Notes under the pieces: model-generated | The model's database searches: none | The model's input: the letters and a program-made list of their open reading frames with translations, nothing else | Told to the model about the DNA's origin: nothing | In this document: one piece after another, positions 42,478-51,509 of the stretch | Numbering within the stretch: the first letter of the stretch is position 1 | Layout: the number at the start of each line of letters is the position of its first letter | IMG/VR virus record: IMGVR_UViG_2706795719_000001 | Coordinates: 64,001-128,000 of that record | Source of the DNA: a virus | Lineage: Duplodnaviria > Caudoviricetes | Strand: one strand, 5' to 3' | DNA length: 64,000 bases | Made by a program: the position numbers and the translations under genes

Positions 42478-42652
42478 GGTTTTCCGATATTTTATAACCT
42501 TTTTCTCCCAAAATATTATAGACCCATAACTCTATAATGGGATTTTCTGGAAGTTCATAATAAAGTTCTTTTTTACCACTTTGGGAAGCTTCTTTTATAG
42601 CGTTAAGAACATTTATTATTTCTCTTTGCACCATAATTTGTTGGATATTCAT
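42431..42652 (-). CDS. hypothetical protein, paralogue pair
   Basis: AIKEASQSGKKELYYEL; GAGG RBS. Confidence 0.7.
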   Translation of the reverse strand: MNIQQIMVQREIINVLNAIKEASQSGKKELYYELPENPIIELWVYNILGEKGYKISENHGNDDYRGCIRISLY

Positions 42653-42681
42653 GTGTACCTCTTATAACGTAATTAGGTTTA

Positions 42682-42771
42682 AATATACTTCAAACAGGGT
42701 TTAATGTAAACTACAAAATTACTTTTATTTCTCAAAAAAACAGTTTACATATGCTTTCAACATGATATTAT
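42682..42771. promoter_or_regulatory. back-to-back early promoters
   Basis: GTTTAC on - (42706-42711) with TATATT; GTTTAC on + (42743-42748)-17 bp-TATTAT. Confidence 0.75.
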
Positions 42772-42809
42772 AGACATATCAAAACACACAAACATAAATG
42801 GAGTATATA

Positions 42810-43169
42810 ATGACTAAATCACAAATTAACCAAATTTTAAAAACTTTAGGTTATGGTAATTTAAAATATGCTAACGGCAAATCAGTCAAAAATGGTACAT
42901 CATTTGTTAAAGGTATAGAACTTCATTCAACAGGTCCAATGAATATCTCTGAACCACAATATGCCAAAATGGATAACTTAGTAAAAGAATTATCATCTCA
43001 TTTTAACAAAGAATATTATCACAACAGCCAAATAGCAGTTTTTACAACCTATGATTCTAAGTTAAAAATAATTATCTCAATGAGAGAATTTAACACCTAT
43101 GGATATGATAGATATGCTGATTCTGGATATTTAACACATTATGCTTCAATAGTTATAGAGAAAAATTAA
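42810..43169 (+). CDS. hypothetical early protein on the + strand
   Basis: GGAG RBS, own early promoter, ends at a bidirectional terminator. Confidence 0.8.
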   Translation: MTKSQINQILKTLGYGNLKYANGKSVKNGTSFVKGIELHSTGPMNISEPQYAKMDNLVKELSSHFNKEYYHNSQIAVFTTYDSKLKIIISMREFNTYGYDRYADSGYLTHYASIVIEKN

Positions 43170-43170
43170 A

Positions 43171-43200
43171 CAAAAATGGGACCTTACGGTCCCATTTTTT
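43171..43200. terminator. bidirectional terminator
   Basis: AAAAATGGGACC-TTAC-GGTCCCATTTTT between convergent genes. Confidence 0.85.
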
Positions 43201-44113
43201 ATATTAATCTGGTTATAGCCCCTATACCTCCACCGGCCCCACCTAATCTTGTTAAATTTCTTAATGAAGAACTTAAAGAATTTTCTTCAGATATATTATC
43301 AATGGCTCCAACGGTTTTAGATTCTAGCCAATCTAATGCGGCTTGTCGTCCTACTGACCCAACTTGCATTGCTCTATATGCAAATGTAACATCAAATACC
43401 GCTATAGTATTATTGTCTTCATATGATAATTCAGGTGCACTGACAGAAACTGGGACGCATCCTGTGAACATTGCAACAGTGTGCGGTAACCCGCTTCTAT
43501 TATGCAGATTAACTTGTATATCAGCTTCTACATCGATAGGTAGGGCCCTTAATCCTGTTATTGGATCTTCAACAGCATTAACCCAATCTTGCATAGCCCT
43601 ATAATTACTTGCTTCTGAGTCCATTCTAAATGATATTATTAAAGGATCATATTCTCTAGATAATATTTTTATATTAGGAGAATTATGGTTTTTATCCATT
43701 TCATAAGATAATCTATTTTCCGGTAATTTAGCAGAATAAACCATTAATCCGGAAGTTGGGAAAGCCATATTAAAAAAATCTAGTAAATATGTACCTACTT
43801 CAAATTCACCTAATAATGATTGAACTACTCTATTAGTCATTGCTCCTAAAAGATATTTAGATACACCTGATTTCCTCACTAATTTTTGGGTCCCAGAAAC
43901 GATAAGACTAGAAACAGCACTTGTCACGTCACCTTGGGTTATTCCTAAAAAATCCGTATCTATTGGCAAGTTATTAAACAAAAATCCGCCAAAATTATCT
44001 AACAGCTCATTTGTTTTTGAAGATGGGGCTGTTGCAAAAACAACACTAAACATATTAGTTCGTTGAAAATCCAAATTCACAGCTTGACTTTTAAATTCTT
44101 CTAATGTATACAT
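43199..44113 (-). CDS. 54: gp54 baseplate-tube initiator
   Basis: DFQRTNMFSVVFAT, WVNAVEDPITGLRALP. Confidence 0.96.
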   Translation of the reverse strand: MYTLEEFKSQAVNLDFQRTNMFSVVFATAPSSKTNELLDNFGGFLFNNLPIDTDFLGITQGDVTSAVSSLIVSGTQKLVRKSGVSKYLLGAMTNRVVQSLLGEFEVGTYLLDFFNMAFPTSGLMVYSAKLPENRLSYEMDKNHNSPNIKILSREYDPLIISFRMDSEASNYRAMQDWVNAVEDPITGLRALPIDVEADIQVNLHNRSGLPHTVAMFTGCVPVSVSAPELSYEDNNTIAVFDVTFAYRAMQVGSVGRQAALDWLESKTVGAIDNISEENSLSSSLRNLTRLGGAGGGIGAITRLI

Positions 44114-45156
44114 TATAATAATCCTTCTGCAAATAATGTTCCACGATTTAATGTTAATATTTCTCTAAATGTTATTTCGAGAGTAAAGGTGCTTGGTAAA
44201 TTTGGGGCCATTGCTAGACCATTAAAATGACCATTAGGAGATTTGTCAAATCTTATACTTGATATTTGTGCTGGTCCAAATATGTCAGTTCTTCCATCAT
44301 AAGAAGAGGTTTTACCGAAATTTCGTATAACCCATATTGTTGGATTACTTACAACCAAGACATTAGATAAAAAACTTGTTATATTTTCTAATATTGTTCC
44401 AGAAGTATCAGCCCCAGTTGGAGTATTAGGATTTATTAATGTAGTTTTATACCATTCATCAATAGCTGCTTTAATTTCTTTAGCAAATTTAGATACACCC
44501 GTTTCCCCATAAGAAAAATAACTAAATATTTCATATATATAAAGTATTTGAATTAGGTCTTGGGGTGTTCTTGGGGTTAGATGCCATGTAAAAACTTTAG
44601 TTCTATTATCCGCACCGGCGTACATAGAACGAGCAGTGGTATAAATTTGTTCACCTTTATCAGCCATAATTCCTTGTGTTATAGAATCCAATGCTCCAAA
44701 AACGGCTGTAGAAGCCACATTACTTAAAGCCCCGGTTACAGAACCGCCACCTTTGGTCAATAATGAATCACCAACATCATTAAATCTATGAGAAATATTA
44801 TCTACGTCAGACTGGCTTCTGGGCATTAATATATTTGCAACAGATTCTTGCTTAAATGTTGTAGTTCCACCTTTACTAGAAAAATCTATATTAATAGCAT
44901 CAACGGTACTTTGTTTTTTTCTAAAATCTCTTAAAGATCCAGTATCTCTAGCATTATAATTATATGCAGTAAATAATAAGCCATTTTTATATAAGTCATT
45001 TAATCTAAAATCTAAATCATTATCTGTTCCTGAAGCTCGTTCTGCCGGAAATTGTGCAACTAAAGTTTTTGTCGGGCTAGTTGTGGGATTAGAAGCCCCG
45101 GCCGATACTTTAGTTCCTATATTTTCAACAGATTCTTCTAAAATTTTTAGTTTCAT
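44113..45156 (-). CDS. 48: gp48 baseplate tube cap
   Basis: AQFPAERASG, NLPSTFTLEITFREI. Confidence 0.95.
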   Translation of the reverse strand: MKLKILEESVENIGTKVSAGASNPTTSPTKTLVAQFPAERASGTDNDLDFRLNDLYKNGLLFTAYNYNARDTGSLRDFRKKQSTVDAINIDFSSKGGTTTFKQESVANILMPRSQSDVDNISHRFNDVGDSLLTKGGGSVTGALSNVASTAVFGALDSITQGIMADKGEQIYTTARSMYAGADNRTKVFTWHLTPRTPQDLIQILYIYEIFSYFSYGETGVSKFAKEIKAAIDEWYKTTLINPNTPTGADTSGTILENITSFLSNVLVVSNPTIWVIRNFGKTSSYDGRTDIFGPAQISSIRFDKSPNGHFNGLAMAPNLPSTFTLEITFREILTLNRGTLFAEGLL

Positions 45157-46868
45157 TAATTAACCTCTAGTGCTTTATACATGCCAGGAGCAGCATATCC
45201 TGTTACAGGAGTTTGTTGAATAACAGTTTTATTATTTGCAACATTATTTTGGACATTAGCAGTGTTTGTTGTAGATTGGATAGTAGATTCTGATGTTTGA
45301 ATATTATTAATATTTTCAGCACTAGTATAATCTTGGGATTCTTTAGGGTCTTCAGGCTTAATATTAGGGATTTGTTCTAACAATAAGTCAGATTTATCTA
45401 AGGCCTCTATTCCAAGTTTATAATAATCCGAATCAACTTCTACACTTTGATTATCTATAATTGAGCTTGCTAATTCTCTGAGTTCCCTAGCTATTTTAGA
45501 CAAATTTTCCGGGCTATTTCTTTGAGCTTCAGCCATAGCTATAAGATTATTTAATCTTGCTTCTGTCTTTACTTGTTCTTCTATATTACTAGCTTCAGGA
45601 TTGTTTTGATTAGTTTCTTTAATTGCAGTATCAGCCTGTTCTTGGGTTATAATTCCACCTTCAACAAATTTGGCTGCTTCTTCTTCAACTGTAGTTCCAA
45701 ACATTCTAGCTTTGGCTTTAACAACTCTTGTCCATCCAGAATCTTCTTCTTGGGATGTATTTCTAACATCATTTCCACGAACTTTGGCCATTAATTTTAA
45801 TTCATCATCTGTTGGCATATACCCGGTATTTTTATTATAAGCCTCTATCGCGGCAACTTCTAATTCATCTGCCCAAGTATCTTGTCCCATAGCTCGGAGT
45901 AAAGATGATAATAATTTACCTAATGCAAATTGTATACCTTGCAATAAATTTTCCAAAACATTTACAAGGCCTTTAACTATTGCTAATGTTAAATTACCAA
46001 AATCACCTTCTTTCCAGAATTTTTTGACATCTTCTAATGTTGCAAAAATTGATCTCAATATTGGTGCTAATGGCCCAAGTTTTTCTTCAAAATCATCAAA
46101 AGCTTCATTAAACAATTTACCCCAGTATTTAAAATGGATCATTATCAAATCCATTGCTAATACAACAGCTAACATTATAGCGGCCCATTTAGCAGCAAAT
46201 AAAGCAGCACTTACTGTGTATTTAAATAACATATCTGCTATTCTATTTGTCATACCATACGCAGATTTAAACCCGGTTTTGACATTTTTATTCAAAGTCC
46301 CAAGAATTTTACTTAAAGAATCTTTTTCTTTATTGTCCTTTTTGGGTTCTTTATTTTTCTTTTCTTCTTCAGGTTTAGGTATTCTATCAATATCTTCTTT
46401 ATTAATAATTAAATCTTTAATAGCAGACTCTAGCTTAGAATCTTCAACTGGGACTGGAAGTTTAGAAAATGCTTCTTCTGTTTCAGATACTTCAGGCTCT
46501 ATAACTTCTTGTTTTTCTGGTTTAAATTTCTCTTTTAATAAATTACTTAATTTAGAGATATTAGAAGAAAATGTATCTGATAATTTAGATGTTGAAGACG
46601 ATAAATCCTTTAAACTGTTATTAGTTTCTTGGTTAGAATCTATTAATAATTCAACACCAGCTTGGACATCTTGGACAGAAGAATTTATTTTAGTCGAGGT
46701 GCTTTCTATTGTCTCTGCTACAAGTTCAATACCACTAGATAAATCTGTCAAAGAATCAGAGACAGACCCCATTGAATTAGCAACATTTTCTTGTCCTTTA
46801 GCCTCTTTAGATATTTTGTTTTTTTCTTCTATAACTTTAGTTCTTCTAAATGAATCAGGTGTTTTCAT
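45156..46868 (-). CDS. 29: gp29 hub / tape measure
   Basis: IADMLFKYTVSA + hydrophobic helix, ~570 aa, synteny. Confidence 0.92.
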   Translation of the reverse strand: MKTPDSFRRTKVIEEKNKISKEAKGQENVANSMGSVSDSLTDLSSGIELVAETIESTSTKINSSVQDVQAGVELLIDSNQETNNSLKDLSSSTSKLSDTFSSNISKLSNLLKEKFKPEKQEVIEPEVSETEEAFSKLPVPVEDSKLESAIKDLIINKEDIDRIPKPEEEKKNKEPKKDNKEKDSLSKILGTLNKNVKTGFKSAYGMTNRIADMLFKYTVSAALFAAKWAAIMLAVVLAMDLIMIHFKYWGKLFNEAFDDFEEKLGPLAPILRSIFATLEDVKKFWKEGDFGNLTLAIVKGLVNVLENLLQGIQFALGKLLSSLLRAMGQDTWADELEVAAIEAYNKNTGYMPTDDELKLMAKVRGNDVRNTSQEEDSGWTRVVKAKARMFGTTVEEEAAKFVEGGIITQEQADTAIKETNQNNPEASNIEEQVKTEARLNNLIAMAEAQRNSPENLSKIARELRELASSIIDNQSVEVDSDYYKLGIEALDKSDLLLEQIPNIKPEDPKESQDYTSAENINNIQTSESTIQSTTNTANVQNNVANNKTVIQQTPVTGYAAPGMYKALEVN

Positions 46869-47373
46869 TTTGGAATAATCCTAATATATCATCGCCATAC
46901 ACAACTTTATCATCTAAATTTATAGCGATACTTTTTCCGAGTTCATCGGCCCATTTATAAACAAAAGCCGGCATACTACCAAAATCTACTTTTTCTAAAG
47001 ATAATGTTTCTAATAATTCTTTAGCAGTTGAAAATTTTTCTCCTGGTAATATGTCTCTAAATTTATATTCTTTTCCTTGATATGTAAATTTAGGTGTTGG
47101 TAAAATGTAAACATCATTAATAGAATATATTTTATTGTTATACTCAAATGTGTCGTTGCATTTTCCATTAAATTCAGCTAAATGAAGTAATACTAAATGG
47201 GCTTCTTTAAATGATAAATTCTTATCAACTGAGTCTAAAACAATTTTTAATGTTTCTTCAGGAGATTTGGCTTCTTTAAATTTTTCATAATAGTTAAGAC
47301 CTAATTTAGGAATAACTAATTCTTTTCCATTTATATTAATCTTCTTCAACGGAAGAATTATCTTTAATTTCAT
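46855..47373 (-). CDS. 28: gp28 hub distal subunit
   Basis: IPKLGL, MPAFVYKWAD. Confidence 0.9.
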   Translation of the reverse strand: MKLKIILPLKKININGKELVIPKLGLNYYEKFKEAKSPEETLKIVLDSVDKNLSFKEAHLVLLHLAEFNGKCNDTFEYNNKIYSINDVYILPTPKFTYQGKEYKFRDILPGEKFSTAKELLETLSLEKVDFGSMPAFVYKWADELGKSIAINLDDKVVYGDDILGLFQNENT

Positions 47374-48481
47374 TTTTTACCTTAATATGATCTACAGGTT
47401 TAAGAACTTTACTATTACTAAACATGTATATGTGAGTAAAACTTTGGTTATTAGACATTTCATGTATAACAGAATCCACATAAAATGTACTTAAAAATTG
47501 GTTTTTAGGGTCATAAAATTCCAATTTAGTCCCAGGTGTTATATCAAAATCACCATAAGTTGTGCATTTAGCATAAGAATCATATTGGGCCATGGTATTA
47601 AGCTTAGTTGCTTCTTCATACCCATTTCTGAATAATTGGTCAGAATAACCACCATTGCGAGATACTAATATAGAATTCTCTCCATTACCATTTACTATTC
47701 TTGTACAATTTTTATCAATCATACTAAATGAATATATTGTAGAATTCTCGTATGGATTTCTGTTATATGAATTTGTTTTTGTTATCCATTCAAAATCATA
47801 TGCTAATGGGTATTCTAATTGATCGGCAAATTGCCCGACCATTAATGGTTCTCCTACTACCATTTCTTTAACTTTAGAATTAATAATTTGTTGGAAATCC
47901 GTGATGTGGATCCCATTAAAATCATCCCAAACCAAAGCAAACATATCAGATGCAACAGAAATACCAGTATCTCTAACATAATCCATATATTCCTTAATTC
48001 CTAGTACCCATGGAACTAGAGGTACGTGTATATTAGTCCCTGTTATCGTAGGTTTCAATAGTGGCGCATCTGTATATAAAACATTAATCATTTCTTCAAT
48101 AGTTTCTGTAGCGTTCTTAAAGAACACCCTACTAAATTTAAGATTTTTATTTTTATATGGTGGTATTAATTGCATTGTGATAATATTATCACCTTTTTGG
48201 TCTACAGAAACAGATGAATATTTAACAGCATAAATTCTGGTTTTTGATATAGATGTATTAGCATTTCCTACAGAAATCTGAAGTATTTGGTCCCCATCAA
48301 GTTTAGTATGCATATTCTTATGGTCATAAATCTGAAGCATGCCTTCATTTGTCCCATATAAATCATCTCTGATAGTTAACGTAGTAAATGTTCCACCTAG
48401 TTCAACAAATCTATTTTCTAACCAAGCATCATAGTTTTGGTAGAGTTTTATAGATACATTAGGATATCCCACTCTTTGCAT
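47336..48481 (-). CDS. 27: gp27 hub
   Basis: GYPNVSIKLYQNYDAWLENRFVEL. Confidence 0.95.
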   Translation of the reverse strand: MQRVGYPNVSIKLYQNYDAWLENRFVELGGTFTTLTIRDDLYGTNEGMLQIYDHKNMHTKLDGDQILQISVGNANTSISKTRIYAVKYSSVSVDQKGDNIITMQLIPPYKNKNLKFSRVFFKNATETIEEMINVLYTDAPLLKPTITGTNIHVPLVPWVLGIKEYMDYVRDTGISVASDMFALVWDDFNGIHITDFQQIINSKVKEMVVGEPLMVGQFADQLEYPLAYDFEWITKTNSYNRNPYENSTIYSFSMIDKNCTRIVNGNGENSILVSRNGGYSDQLFRNGYEEATKLNTMAQYDSYAKCTTYGDFDITPGTKLEFYDPKNQFLSTFYVDSVIHEMSNNQSFTHIYMFSNSKVLKPVDHIKVKNEIKDNSSVEED

Positions 48482-49232
48482 GTTTTTTGTCCTTTATATC
48501 TTTTTCTATCAGTGCTAGTGTAATTGTTCGGTTCATAGGGGTCATTTTCTCAATATCAGATAAAGAATATCCCTGTTTAACCATTATATGGTTTATTTTA
48601 TAAAACGTAATTATCTCTTCTTCAGAAAGTATTATTTTAAATAAATCTAAAATATTTCTATATGTCATTTCATGAGATTCACAACAACTAAATTTAATTG
48701 GAATATAAATTGGATATATATCTTTTATGATAGTTTCAAAATCGTCTAATGATATAACAGACATGACAAGATTTTTATTTTCTTGGTCTAAGTCTTCCCA
48801 TAGATATTCACTATTAGCATCTTCTATTTTATATATACAACTATCAAATAATTGTTTTATATCAGTTGTCATGTTATTTGTAAAATCAAAATATATTTTT
48901 ATCCCTGAAGTCTCAAGAACTGGTCTATTAAGTTTTTTTAATTCTAAATTTAGAAATGTCTTTTTTTCTTTACCACATTTGGGGCACTTGAATCTTATAG
49001 GTAAAACTGTTTTACCTATTGATGCGGTAAACCATATAATAAATGCATATGGTCTATATATTTTTGGCATATCAGGAAAACATTCTTCTAAAAGCTCATC
49101 TAAAATTTGTTCTGCTTCATCTGGGTTTTTTTCTATTTCACTTCTCACAAAAAGTAATTGTAAATAATCATCATTAGAAAATTGTCTTATTCTATATGTT
49201 TTTTCAGGCGTAACAATTCTTATTATGTTCAT
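48459..49232 (-). CDS. 51: gp51 hub assembly protein
   Basis: SIGKT..P..F.CPKCGK; synteny. Confidence 0.9.
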   Translation of the reverse strand: MNIIRIVTPEKTYRIRQFSNDDYLQLLFVRSEIEKNPDEAEQILDELLEECFPDMPKIYRPYAFIIWFTASIGKTVLPIRFKCPKCGKEKKTFLNLELKKLNRPVLETSGIKIYFDFTNNMTTDIKQLFDSCIYKIEDANSEYLWEDLDQENKNLVMSVISLDDFETIIKDIYPIYIPIKFSCCESHEMTYRNILDLFKIILSEEEIITFYKINHIMVKQGYSLSDIEKMTPMNRTITLALIEKDIKDKKHAKSGIS

Positions 49233-49248
49233 AGTGTCTCCTCTTATT

Positions 49249-49260
49249 TATTTATAAATA
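49249..49260. promoter_or_regulatory. overlapping divergent late promoters (51/26)
   Basis: TATTTATAAATA contains TATAAATA on both strands. Confidence 0.8.
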
Positions 49261-49277
49261 CATAAAAAGGAGACACT

Positions 49278-49862
49278 ATGTTTGAAATAACATGCAATGA
49301 TTTAATATATAAAGCCAGATATTTCACCCTGGATGAATACGAGGCAACTCTTCTCAAAATAACTGATAATAATATTAAAGAAGCTATAACTAAGCTCTTA
49401 ATTGATTGTGTGGATTCCTATGATACAAATTTACCTAAACACTACGCAGAATGTATTTTTCTTAAACTATGGGCTCATAGTTTAGGTGGAGTGACAAAAG
49501 ACTTAAATGGTGTTTTTGTCAATTTTAATTATATAGAATCTCCAGCAGAAAAAGGCTTTATCTATAAAATAGAAAATTTAAGCTTAAAAATGAGGTATCC
49601 AAAATTATTTGAAGATTCTGATAAGCTGGAAATGGTTATTAATTGTATTGATTCTGTAATATTAGAAAATGAAACGGAAATAAAGATACAAGACCTTTCA
49701 TCAGAAGATATAGAAGCTTTATATTCGCTTTTAACAAAAGACTCTATTATTGCATTAAGAGATGAATTGCTTAGACCAAAACCATATATTGCTTTTCCAC
49801 TTGATGGAGAAATACATAAAATAGAAGGGTTTAAAAACTTATTAGAGGTGATAGATGAGTAA
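49278..49862 (+). CDS. 26: gp26 hub protein
   Basis: AECIFLKLWAHSLG, MRYPKLFED; synteny. Confidence 0.88.
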   Translation: MFEITCNDLIYKARYFTLDEYEATLLKITDNNIKEAITKLLIDCVDSYDTNLPKHYAECIFLKLWAHSLGGVTKDLNGVFVNFNYIESPAEKGFIYKIENLSLKMRYPKLFEDSDKLEMVINCIDSVILENETEIKIQDLSSEDIEALYSLLTKDSIIALRDELLRPKPYIAFPLDGEIHKIEGFKNLLEVIDE

Positions 49863-50241
49863 AATGAATGTTTTATACTCTGACTTGGACCCTAAAATGG
49901 AAAAAGGCTGGGATAAAGATCTACATAAAGTTGTAGGAGATAGAGCTGTTAAAAATTCTATTCTTGGGATAATTAGTACAAGAAAAGGGTCTAGACCCTT
50001 TGATCCAGAATTTGGGTGTAACATAACAGATCAGTTATTTGAAAATATGAGCCCATTAATAGAAGATACTATAGAACGATCTATTGTGTCTGCTATAAAA
50101 AATTATGAACCAAGGGTTCAACGTTTAAAAGTCTCTGTTACTACATTATATGATTCTAATTCTATCATAGTGGATATAATTTTTTCTATAGTAGATAATC
50201 CAGATACATTAGAACAAATAAAAGTTCAATTATCTAAATAA
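49855..50241 (+). CDS. 25: gp25 baseplate wedge
   Basis: LYSDLDP, TRKGSRPFDPEFGC, NYEPR. Confidence 0.96.
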   Translation: MSKMNVLYSDLDPKMEKGWDKDLHKVVGDRAVKNSILGIISTRKGSRPFDPEFGCNITDQLFENMSPLIEDTIERSIVSAIKNYEPRVQRLKVSVTTLYDSNSIIVDIIFSIVDNPDTLEQIKVQLSK

Positions 50242-50249
50242 TTTACTAT

Positions 50250-50413
50250 AGTTATTAATTTATTACTTAATAGTTATATAGAATATACTATACTTTTAAT
50301 AAAATAATAAACTAAGGAAACTATTTTCTGGAGCGCAGCTCCAGATTTTAATAACACAGAGTTATTAATTTATTACTTAATAGTTATATAGAATATACTA
50401 TACTTTTAATAAA
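50250..50413. repeat. repeat-hairpin-repeat cassette, copy B (reverse complement of copy A)
   Basis: Two AT-rich repeats (period 110) flanking TCTGGAGC-GCA-GCTCCAGA (50327-50345). Confidence 0.95.
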
Positions 50414-50484
50414 TTAGTTTACTATAGTTATTAATAATAGGCTATTATTATAATTTGTATATAATGTATCTTTATGGAGGAATT

Positions 50485-50895
50485 ATGAATTTAGAAGAAT
50501 TACAAACAATGTTATCAGAAGACCTAAAAATAGATTCGTTAAAACTTCAATATGAAGCTGCCAATAACCCATCATTATATGGTAAATGGTTAAAAATTTA
50601 TTCTGATATAAAGAAAGGAATTATTTCTTATGAGGCTAATAAGAAAAGATTACTAAAACAACGATTAGACCATTATACAGGCCGTGGCGATGAAGTATGT
50701 ATGGATTTATATGAAAAATCTGAACTAAAAACTGTTATTGCGGCTGACCCAGAAATATTAAAAACCCAAACATCAGTTGAATATAGAAATCTTTTATTAG
50801 ATTTTGCATCCAAAGCTTTAGATGCAATAAAGGCTCGTGGGTTTAGTATTAAACATATTCTTGAATGTAGACAATTTGAGGCAGGTACAAAATGA
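50485..50895 (+). CDS. uvsY: UvsY recombination mediator
   Basis: DLKIDSLKLQYEAANNP.LY.KW, ALDAIKARGFSIK...FEAG. Confidence 0.95.
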   Translation: MNLEELQTMLSEDLKIDSLKLQYEAANNPSLYGKWLKIYSDIKKGIISYEANKKRLLKQRLDHYTGRGDEVCMDLYEKSELKTVIAADPEILKTQTSVEYRNLLLDFASKALDAIKARGFSIKHILECRQFEAGTK

Positions 50896-51272
50896 CGAGC
50901 ATTGATATCATTAAAGAAAATTTAGATATGGTGTTAGCAATGGAGAATTTGACAACGGATTCTCAAAGAGACTTAGCTATTAATGCCATGAAACGGCATT
51001 TAACTAATATAAATAATATTAAGCTGATGGCTGAAGGTATTGATAAAAGTGGGTTATTACCTAATTATTCTTTACCACAAATAATTGAAGAAATAAAAGG
51101 ATGGGCTATGGACCATATTTGTGTAGTTTGTAAAAAGCCTATTGATGAAAGTTTAGTTATCTTTAACGATAATAATGAACCTGTTCATCCTGGGCCATGT
51201 TATAATTTCTCCAAAGAACAACCAGTAACAGAATCTGGGAGTTCTTTAAATGAAGTAGAATTATTAATGTAA
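50892..51272 (+). CDS. unknown N-domain fused to a uvsY.-2-like Zn-finger domain
   Basis: C-terminal ICVVCKKPID...VHPGPC; internal RBS and ATG at 51108. Confidence 0.8.
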   Translation: MTSIDIIKENLDMVLAMENLTTDSQRDLAINAMKRHLTNINNIKLMAEGIDKSGLLPNYSLPQIIEEIKGWAMDHICVVCKKPIDESLVIFNDNNEPVHPGPCYNFSKEQPVTESGSSLNEVELLM

Positions 51273-51287
51273 AAATAAAAGACGAGA

Positions 51288-51509
51288 TCACTCGTCTTTT
51301 TCTGTTTCTAGATCTTCTAATTCCAATCTTTTACCTTCTAATGCATCTCTGATAGAAATATCATCTGTATCTTTAATTTTTAATTCTTTAATTCGTTTAG
51401 AATAATATTTTTCTAACTCTTCTAATCCAGCCAATGTTTGGCATTCTCTAATTTTATTCATAAAAGTTTCTACACTAGCTTCTATTAAAATATCTTTAAA
51501 CGATATCAT
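51288..51509 (-). CDS. uvsW.1: UvsW.1
   Basis: CQTLAGLEELEKYY...DDISIRDAL. Confidence 0.9.
   Translation of the reverse strand: MISFKDILIEASVETFMNKIRECQTLAGLEELEKYYSKRIKELKIKDTDDISIRDALEGKRLELEDLETEKDE

Noticed and set aside
42749-42760. MotA boxes (TGCTT) just 3' of the -35 in promoters at 42743, 55486 and 57906
   Set aside because: Spacing to the -10 is shorter than in canonical middle promoters, so dual early/middle status cannot be supported
46024-46878. 284-aa antisense ORF (and other shadow ORFs such as 10358..10855 and 35743..36123)
   Set aside because: Ser/Leu/Phe-rich mirrors of the codon bias of the real genes on the opposite strand
51288-51509. uvsW/uvsW.1 split as a frameshift error, or UvsW.1 as an internal protein
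   Set aside because: The same two-gene arrangement and a similar N-terminus are known in T4
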